In this document: one piece after another, positions 54,260 through 64,000 of the stretch
Numbering within the stretch: position 1 is the first letter of the stretch
How the letters are laid out: the number at the start of each line of letters is the position of its first letter
From: Auanema rhodensis
Taxonomy: Eukaryota; Animalia; Nematoda
Assembly: GCA_964057225.1 (NCBI GenBank)
Contig: OZ059894.1
Location: 3,286,001-3,350,000, forward strand
Length of the DNA stretch: 64,000 nucleotides
Direction: 5' to 3'
Notes under the pieces: model-generated
What the model saw: the letters and a program-made list of their open reading frames with translations, nothing else
Told to the model about the DNA's origin: nothing
The model's database searches: none
Translations under genes and position numbers: made by a program

Positions 54260-57200
54260 TATATCAGTTGATATCTCGGTGCATTTTTAAGCTAGCGCAA
54301 ATCTGATAACACACATCGACGCAGCTCAAAAATCTACATCGAATGCACTATACTTCATTAAAAAATGCTCAATACAAAAATTAGTTATGATCGTTTGAAA
54401 AATGATGCATTATTGTATGTTGAGTTTCCATGTACACTCAACATTGCTTCCAAAAACATTTTGACAAAAATTTTCCCGAAAAATTTCAAAATAATTTCAC
54501 GAAAAGTAGATGTTTTTAGATTCCTTTTTTCAAGGCGAAGACGATGGACAATGTTATTCAGCGAAAAAATTAACTCTTCAGTGTGAAAATCGAGAAAAAT
54601 GATGCATTACTGTATGTTGAGTTTCAATGTACACTCAACATTGCTTCCAAAAACATTTTGACAAAAATTTTCCCGAAAAATTTCAAAATAATTTCACGAA
54701 AAGTAGATGTTTTTAGATTTCTTTTTTCGAGGCGAAGATGATGGACAATGTTATTCAGCGAAAAAATAAACTCTTCAGGGTGAAAATCGAGGATATAAGT
54801 GTGAACATATATCAGTTGATATCTCGGTGCATTTTTAAGCTAGCGCAAATCTGATAACACAGATCGACGCAGCTCAAAAATCTACATCGAATGCACTATA
54901 CTTCATTAAGAAATGCTCAATACCAAAATTAGTTATGATCGTTTGGAAAATGATGCATTACTGTATGTTGAGTTTCAATGTACACTCAACATTGCTTTCA
55001 AAAACATTTTGACAAAAATTTTCCCGAAAAATTTCAAAATAGTTTAGCAAAAAGTAGATGTTTTTAGATTCCTTTTTTCAAGGCAAAAACGATGGACAAT
55101 GTTATTCAACGAAAAAAGTAAATCTTCAGGGTGAAAATCGAGGATACAAGTGTGAACATATATCAGTTGATTTCTCGGTGCATTTTTAAGCTAGCGCAAA
55201 TATGATAACATAGATCGACGCAGCTTAAAAATCCGCATTGAATGCACTATACTATATTGAGAAAAGCTTAATACAAAAATTAGTTATGATCGTTTGAAAA
55301 ATGATGCATTACTGTATGTTGAGTTTCCATGTACACTCAACATTGCTTCCAAAAACATTTTGACAAAAATTTTCCCGGAAAATTTCAGAATAATTTCACG
55401 AAAAGTAGATGTTTTTAGATTTCTTTTTTCGAGGCGAAGATGATGGACAATGTTATTCAGCGAAAAAATAAACTCTTCAGGGTGAAAATCGAGGATATAA
55501 GTGTGAACATATATCAGTTGATATCTCGGTGCATTTTTAAGCTAGCGCAAATCTGATAACACAGATCGACGCAGCTCAAAAATCTACATCGAATGCACTA
55601 TACTTCATTAAGAAATGCTCAATACAAAAATTAGTTATGATCGTTTGAAAAATGATGCATTATTCTATGTTGAGTTTCCATGTACACTCAACATTGCTTC
55701 CAAAAACATTTTGACAAAAATTTTCCCGGAAAATTTCAAAATAATTTCACGAAAAGTAGATGTTTTTAGATTTCTTTTTTCGAGGCGAAGATGATGGACA
55801 ATGTTATTCAGCGAAAAAATTAACTCTTCAGTGTGAAAATCGAGGATATAAGTGTGAACATATATCAGTTGATATCTCGGTGCATTTTTAAGCTAGCGCA
55901 AATCTGATAACACACATCGACGCAGCTCAAAAATCTACATCGAATGCACTATACTTCATTAAAAAATGCTCAATACAAAAATTAGTTATGATCGTTTGAA
56001 AAATGATGCATTATTGTATGTTGAGTTTCCATGTACACTCAACATTGCTTCCAAAAACATTTTGACAAAAATTTTCCCGAAAAATTTCAAAATAATTTCA
56101 CGAAAAGTAGATGTTTTTAGATTCCTTTTTTCAAGGCGAAGACGATGGACAATGTTATTCAGCGAAAAAATTAACTCTTCAGTGTGAAAATCGAGAAAAA
56201 TGATGCATTACTGTATGTTGAGTTTCAATGTACACTCAACATTGCTTCCAAAAACATTTTGACAAAAATTTTCCCGAAAAATTTCAAAATAATTTCACGA
56301 AAAGTAGATGTTTTTAGATTTCTTTTTTCGAGGCGAAGATGATGGACAATGTTATTCAGCGAAAAAATAAACTCTTCAGGGTGAAAATCGAGGATATAAG
56401 TGTGAACATATATCAGTTGATATCTCGGTGCATTTTTAAGCTAGCGCAAATCTGATAACACAGATCGACGCAGCTCAAAAATCTACATCGAATGCACTAT
56501 ACTTCATTAAGAAATGCTCAATACCAAAATTAGTTATGATCGTTTGGAAAATGATGCATTACTGTATGTTGAGTTTCAATGTACACTCAACATTGCTTTC
56601 AAAAACATTTTGACAAAAATTTTCCCGAAAAATTTCAAAATAGTTTAGCAAAAAGTAGATGTTTTTAGATTCCTTTTTTCAAGGCAAAAACGATGGACAA
56701 TGTTATTCAACGAAAAAAGTAAATCTTCAGGGTGAAAATCGAGGATACAAGTGTGAACATATATCAGTTGATTTCTCGGTGCATTTTTAAGCTAGCGCAA
56801 ATATGATAACATAGATCGACGCAGCTTAAAAATCCGCATTGAATGCACTATACTATATTGAGAAAAGCTTAATACAAAAATTAGTTATGATCGTTTGAAA
56901 AATGATGCATTACTGTATGTTGAGTTTCCATGTACACTCAACATTGCTTCCAAAAACATTTTGACAAAAATTTTCCCGGAAAATTTCAGAATAATTTCAC
57001 GAAAAGTAGATGTTTTTAGATTTCTTTTTTCGAGGCGAAGATGATGGACAATGTTATTCAGCGAAAAAATAAACTCTTCAGGGTGAAAATCGAGGATATA
57101 AGTGTGAACATATATCAGTTGATATCTCGGTGCATTTTTAAGCTAGCGCAAATCTGATAACACAGATCGACGCAGCTCAAAAATCTACATCGAATGCACT

Positions 57201-59100
57201 ATACTTCATTAAGAAATGCTCAATACAAAAATTAGTTATGATCGTTTGAAAAATGATGCATTATTCTATGTTGAGTTTCCATGTACACTCAACATTGCTT
57301 CCAAAAACATTTTGACAAAAATTTTCCCGGAAAATTTCAAAATAATTTCACGAAAAGTAGATGTTTTTAGATTTCTTTTTTCGAGGCGAAGATGATGGAC
57401 AATGTTATTCAGCGAAAAAATTAACTCTTCAGTGTGAAAATCGAGGATATAAGTGTGAACATATATCAGTTGATATCTCGGTGCATTTTTAAGCTAGCGC
57501 AAATCTGATAACACACATCGACGCAGCTCAAAAATCTACATCGAATGCACTATACTTCATTAAAAAATGCTCAATACAAAAATTAGTTATGATCGTTTGA
57601 AAAATGATGCATTATTGTATGTTGAGTTTCCATGTACACTCAACATTGCTTCCAAAAACATTTTGACAAAAATTTTCCCGAAAAATTTCAAAATAATTTC
57701 ACGAAAAGTAGATGTTTTTAGATTCCTTTTTTCAAGGCGAAGACGATGGACAATGTTATTCAGCGAAAAAATTAACTCTTCAGTGTGAAAATCGAGAAAA
57801 ATGATGCATTACTGTATGTTGAGTTTCAATGTACACTCAACATTGCTTCCAAAAACATTTTGACAAAAATTTTCCCGAAAAATTTCAAAATAATTTCACG
57901 AAAAGTAGATGTTTTTAGATTTTTTTTTTCGAGGCGAAGATGATGGACAATGTTATTCAGCGAAAAAATAAACTCTTCAGGGTGAAAATCGAGGATATAA
58001 GTGTGAACATATATCAGTTGATATCTCGGTGCATTTTTAAGCTAGCGCAAATCTGATAACACAGATCGACGCAGCTCAAAAATCTACATCGAATGCACTA
58101 TACTTCATTAAGAAATGCTCAATACCAAAATTAGTTATGATCGTTTGGAAAATGATGCATTACTGTATGTTGAGTTTCAATGTACACTCAACATTGCTTT
58201 CAAAAACATTTTGACAAAAATTTTCCCGAAAAATTTCGAAATAATTTCACGAAAAGTGGATGTTTTTAGATTCCTTTTTTCGAGGCGAAGATGATGGACA
58301 ATGTTATTCAGCGAAAAAATAAACTCTTCAGGGTGAAAATCGAGGATATAAGTGTGAACATATATCAGTTGATATCTCGGTGCATTTTTAAGCTAGCGCA
58401 AATCTGATAACACAGATCGACGCAGCTCAAAAATCTACATCGAATGCACTATACTTCATTAAGAAATGCTCAATACAAAAATTAGTTATGATCGTTTGAA
58501 AAATGATGCATTATTCTATGTTGAGTTTCCATGTACACTCAACATTGCTTCCAAAAACATTTTGACAAAAATTTTCCCGGAAAATTTCAAAATAATTTCA
58601 CGAAAAGTAGATGTTTTTAGATTTCTTTTTTCGAGGCGAAGATGATGGACAATGTTATTCAGCGAAAAAATTAACTCTTCAGTGTGAAAATCGAGGATAT
58701 AAGTGTGAACATATATCAGTTGATATCTCGGTGCATTTTTAAGCTAGCGCAAATCTGATAACACACATCGACGCAGCTCAAAAATCTACATCGAATGCAC
58801 TATACTTCATTAAAAAATGCTCAATACAAAAATTAGTTATGATCGTTTGAAAAATGATGCATTATTGTATGTTGAGTTTCCATGTACACTCAACATTGCT
58901 TCCAAAAACATTTTGACAAAAATTTTCCCGAAAAATTTCAAAATAATTTCACGAAAAGTAGATGTTTTTAGATTCCTTTTTTCAAGGCGAAGACGATGGA
59001 CAATGTTATTCAGCGAAAAAATTAACTCTTCAGTGTGAAAATCGAGGATATAAGTGTGAACATATATCAGTTGATATCTCGGTGCATTTTTAAGCTAGCG
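54260..59100. repeat. HOR domain E: 1601-bp 5-mer (4 long + 1 short), ending with a 1250-bp contracted unit
   Basis: ORF variant at 54365, 55966, 57567 (+1601) and 58817 (+1250). Markers ACACATCG, CATTAAAAAATG and TTATTCTATG. Confidence 0.88.
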
Positions 59101-59169
59101 CAAATCTGATAACACACATCGACGCAGCTCAAAAATCTACATCGAATGCACTATACTTCATTAAGAAAT

Positions 59170-61800
59170 GCTCAATACAAAAATTAGTTATGATCGTTTG
59201 GAAAATGATGCATTACTGTATGTTGAGTTTCAATGTACACTCAACATTGCTTTCAAAAACATTTTGACAAAAATTTTCCCGAAAAATTTCGAAATAATTT
59301 CACGAAAAGTGGATGTTTTTAGATTCCTTTTTTCAAGGCAAAGACGATGGACAATGTTATTCAACGAAAAAATTAATTCTTCAGGGTGAAAATCGAGGAT
59401 ATAAGTGTGAACTTATATCAGTTGATATCTCGGTGCATTTTTAAGCTAGCGCAAATATGATAACATAGATCGACGCAGCTTAAAAATCCGCATTGAATGC
59501 ACTATACTACATTGAGAAAAGCTTAATACAAAAATTAGTTATGATCGTTTGAAAAATGATGCATTACTCTATGTTGAGTTTCCATGTACACTCAACATTG
59601 CTTCCAAAAACATTTTGACAAAAATTTTCCCGAAAAATTTCTAGATAATTTCACAAAAAGTAGATGTTTTTAGATTCCTTTTTTCAAGGCGAAGACGACG
59701 GACAATGTTATTCAACGTAAAAATTAGTTCTTTAGGGTGAAAATCGAGAAAAATGATGCATTACTGTATGTTGAGTTTCAATGTACACTCAACATTGCTT
59801 CCAAAAACATTTTGACAAAAATTTTCCCGAAAAATTTCAAAATAATTTCACGAAAAGTAGATGTTTTTAGATTCCCTTTTTCGAGGCGAAGATGATGGAC
59901 AATGTTATTCAGCGAAAAAATTAACTCTTCAGTGTGAAAATCGAGGATATAAGTGTGAACATATATCAGTTGATATCTCGGTGCATTTTTAAGCTAGCGC
60001 AAATCTGATAACACAGATCGACGCAGCTCAAAAATCTACATCGAATGCACTATACTTCATTAAGAAATGCTCAATACCAAAATTAGTTATGATCGTTTGG
60101 AAAATGATGCATTACTGTATGTTGAGTTTCAATGTACACTCAACATTGCTTTCAAAAACATTTTGACAAAAATTTTCCCGAAAAATTTCGAAATAATTTC
60201 ACGAAAAGTGGATGTTTTTAGATTCCTTTTTTCAAGGCAAAGACGATGGACAATGTTATTCAACGAAAAAATTAATTCTTCAGGGTGAAAATCGAGGATA
60301 TAAGTGTGAACTTATATCAGTTGATATCTCGGTGCATTTTTAAGCTAGCGCAAATATGATAACATAGATCGACGCAGCTTAAAAATCCGCATTGAATGCA
60401 CTATACTACATTGAGAAAAGCTTAATACAAAAATTAGTTATGATCGTTTGAAAAATGATGCATTACTGTATGTTGAGTTTCCATGTACACTCAACATTGC
60501 TTCCAAAAACATTTTGACAAAAATTTTCCCGAAAAATTTCTAGATAATTTCACAAAAAGTAGATGTTTTTAGATTCCTTTTTTCAAGGCGAAGACGACGG
60601 ACAATGTTATTCAACGTAAAAATTAGTTCTTTAGGGTGAAAATCGAGAAAAATGATGCATTACTGTATGTTGAGTTTCAATGTACACTCAACATTGCTTC
60701 CAAAAACATTTTGACAAAAATTTTCCCGAAAAATTTCAAAATAATTTCACGAAAAGTAGATGTTTTTAGATTCCCTTTTTCGAGGCGAAGATGATGGACA
60801 ATGTTATTCAGCGAAAAAATAAACTCTTCAGGGTGAAAATCGAGGATATAAGTGTGAACATATATCAGTTGATATCTCGGTGCATTTTTAAGCTAGCGCA
60901 AATCTGATAACACAGATCGACGCAGCTCAAAAATATACATCGAATGCACTATACTTCATTAAGAAATGCTCAATACCAAAATTAGTTATGATCGTTTGGA
61001 AAATGATGCATTACTGTATGTTGAGTTTCAATGTACACTCAACATTGCTTTCAAAAACATTTTGACAAAAATTTTCCCGAAAAATTTCGAAATAATTTCA
61101 CGAAAAGTAGATGTTTTTAGATTTCTTTTTTCAAGGCAAAGACGATGGACAATGTTATTCAACGAAAAAATTAATTCTTCAGGGTGAAAATCGAGGATAT
61201 AAGTGTGAACTTATATCAGTTGATATCTCGGTGCATTTTTAAGCTAGCGCAAATATGATAACATAGATCGACGCAGCTTAAAAATCCGCATTGAATGCAC
61301 TATACTACATTGAGAAAAGCTTAATACAAAAATTAGTTATGATCGTTTGAAAAATGATGCATTACTGTATGTTGAGTTTCCATGTACACTCAACATTGCT
61401 TCCAAAAACATTTTGACAAAAATTTTCCCGAAAAATTTCTAGATAATTTCACAAAAAGTAGATGTTTTTAGATTCCTTTTTTCAAGGCGAAGACGACGGA
61501 CAATGTTATTCAACGTAAAAATTAGTTCTTTAGGGTGAAAATCGAGAAAAATGATGCATTACTGTATGTTGAGTTTCAATGTACACTCAACATTGCTTCC
61601 AAAAACATTTTGACAAAAATTTTCCCGAAAAATTTCAAAAAAATTTCACGAAAAGTAGATGTTTTTAGATTCCCTTTTTCGATGCGAAGATGATGGACAA
61701 TGTTATTCAGCGAAAAAATAAACTCTTCAGGGTGAAAATCGAGGATATAAGTGTGAACATATATCAGTTGATATCTCGGTGCATTTTTAAGCTAGCGCAA
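59170..61800. repeat. HOR domain F: ~3 copies of an 899-bp 3-mer (2 long + 1 short)
   Basis: ORFs at 59168, 60067 and 60966; junctions at 59743, 60642 and 61541 (+899). Confidence 0.9.
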
Positions 61801-64000
61801 ATCTGATAACACAGATCGACGCAGCTCAACAATCTACATCGAATGCACTATACTTCATTGAGAAATGCTCAATACAAAAATTAGTTATGATCGTTTGAAA
61901 AATGATGCATTATTGTATGTTGAGTTTCCATGTACACTCAACATTGCTTCCAAAAACATTTTGATAAAAATTTTTTCGAAAAATTTCAAAATAGTTTAGC
62001 AAAAAGTAGATGTTTTTAGATTCCTTTTTTCAAGGCAAAAACGATGGACAATGTTATTCAACGAAAAAAGTAAATCTTCAGGGTGAAAATCGAGGATACA
62101 AGTGTGAACATATATCAGTTGATTTCTCGGTGCATTTTTAAGCTAGCGCAAATCTGATAACACAGATCGACGCAGCTCAAAAATCTACATCGAATGCACT
62201 ATACTTCATTAAGAAATGCTCAATACCAAAATTAGTTATGATCGTTTGGAAAATGATGCATTACTGTATGTTGAGTTTCAATGTACACTCAACATTGCTT
62301 CCAAAAACATTTTGACAAAAATTTTCCCGAAAAATTTCAAAATAATTTCACGAAAAGTAGATGTTTTTAGATTCCCTTTTTCGAGGCGAAGATGATGGAC
62401 AATGTTATTCAGCGAAAAAATAAACTCTTCAGGGTGAAAATCGAGGATATAAGTGTGAACATATATCAGTTGATATCTCGGTGCATTTTTAAGCTAGCGC
62501 AAATCTGATAACACAGATCGACGCAGCTCAAAAATCTACATCGAATGCACTATACTTCATTAAGAAATGCTCAATACCAAAATTAGTTATGATCGTTTGA
62601 AAAATGATGCATTATTGTATGTTGAGTTTCCATGTACACTCAACATTGCTTCCAAAAACATTTTGACAAAAATTTTCCCGAAAAATTTCTAGATAATTTC
62701 ACAAAAAGTAGATGTTTTTAGATTCCTTTTTTCAAGGCGAAGACGACGGACAATGTTATTCAACGTAAAAATTAGTTCTTTAGGGTGAAAATCGAGGATA
62801 TAGGTGTGAACTTATATCAGTTGATATCTCGGTGCATTTTTAAGCTAGCGCAAATCTGATAACACAGATCGACGCAGCTTAAAAATCCGCATCGAATGGG
62901 CTATACTACATTAAGAAACGCTTAATATAAAAATTAGTTATGATCGTTTGAAAAATGATGCATTAGTGTATGTTGAGTTTCCATGTACACTCAACATTGC
63001 TTCCAAAAACATTTTGACAAAAATTTTTTCGAAAAATTTCAAAATAGTTTAGCAAAAAGTAGATGTTTTTAGATTCCTTTTTTCAAGGCAAAAACGATGG
63101 ACAATGTTATTCAACGAAAAAAGTAAATCTTCAGGGTGAAAATCGAGGATATAAGTGTGAACATATATCAGTTGATATCTCGGTGCATTTTTAAGCTAGC
63201 GCAAATCTGATAACACAGATCGACGCAGCTCAAAAATCTACATCGAATGCACTATACTTCATTAAGAAATGCTCAATACAAAAATTAGTTATGATCGTTT
63301 AAAAAATGATGCATTATTGTATGTTGAGTTTCCATGTACACTCAACATTGCTTCCAAAAACATTTTGACAAAAATTTTCCCGAAAAATTTCAAAATAATT
63401 TCACGAAAAGTAGATGTTTTTAGATTCCCTTTTTCGAGGCAAAGATGATGGACAATGTTATTCAGCGAAAAAATAAACTCTTCAGGGTGAAAATCGAGGA
63501 TATAAGTGTGAACAAATATCAGTTGATATCTCGGTTCATTTTTAAGCTAGCGCAAATCTGATAACACAGATCGACGCAGCTCAAAAATCTACATCGAATG
63601 CACTATATTTCATTAAGAAATGCTCAATACAAAAATTAGTTATGATCGTTTGGAAAATGATGCATTACTGTATGTTGAGTTTCAATGTACACTCAACATT
63701 GCTTCCAAAAACATTTTGACAAAAATTTTCCCGAAAAATTTCAAAATAATTTCACGAAAAGTAGATGTTTTTAGATTCCTTTTTTCAAGGCGAAGACGAT
63801 GGACAATGTTATTCAGCGAAAAAATTAACTCTTCAGTGTGAAAATCGAGAAAAATGATGCATTACTGTATGTTGAGTTTCAATGTACACTCAACATTGCT
63901 TCCAAAAACATTTTGACAAAAATTTTCCCGAAAAATTTCAAAATAATTTCACGAAAAGTAGACGTTTATAGATTCCTTTTTTCAAGGCGAAGACGATAGA

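Larger units (their letters stand above)
1..64000. repeat. Satellite DNA tandem array, 351-bp monomer (~160 copies) interspersed with a 197/200-bp deletion variant (40 copies); runs off both window ends
   Basis: TATCAGTTGATATCTCGG recurs at 1, 352, 703 and onward (period 351). Between the first and last deletion junctions (1381, 63844) the 62463 bp equal 156x351 + 39x197 + 24 bp of visible small indels. I saw no inversion or non-satellite insertion. Confidence 0.99.

Noticed and set aside
806-63841. About 80 near-identical 60-73 aa ORFs (MLNTKISYDRLENDALLYVEF...) as a tandem gene family
   Set aside because: They are one chance frame per monomer. Most monomers lack the start codon or carry polymorphic TAG/TGA stops, variants are largely non-synonymous, the K/F/I/N-rich composition mirrors the A/T tracts, and I recognise no domain.
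1-64000. CRISPR array or integron cassette array
   Set aside because: The entire unit is repeated. There are no unique spacers or cassettes and no cas or integrase gene.
1-64000. Transposon or MITE identity, or assignment to a named satellite (for example Drosophila 1.688 or Tribolium ~350-bp families) or to a centromere
   Set aside because: There are no terminal inverted repeats, target-site duplications or coding remnants. Similar length and AT content are not evidence of homology, and function cannot be read from the sequence alone.

Overview
The whole 64 kb window is one uninterrupted, same-orientation array of AT-rich eukaryotic-type satellite DNA (about 32% GC in the first monomer). 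It is built from a 351-bp monomer (about 160 copies) and a 197-bp derivative lacking a precise 154-bp segment (40 junctions counted; 8 short copies are 200 bp from a T-run expansion). I found no supportable genes, RNA genes, transposons or CRISPR arrays; the roughly 80 ORFs are chance frames repeated with the monomer. The interest is architectural. Long and short units form successive higher-order-repeat (HOR) domains with periods of 1952, 1404, 2503, 3402, 3904, 2303, 1601 and 899 bp. There are also traceable gene-conversion events, imported divergent monomers, conserved dyads and near-nucleosome-sized units. Species, chromosomal position and any centromeric role cannot be determined from the sequence alone.
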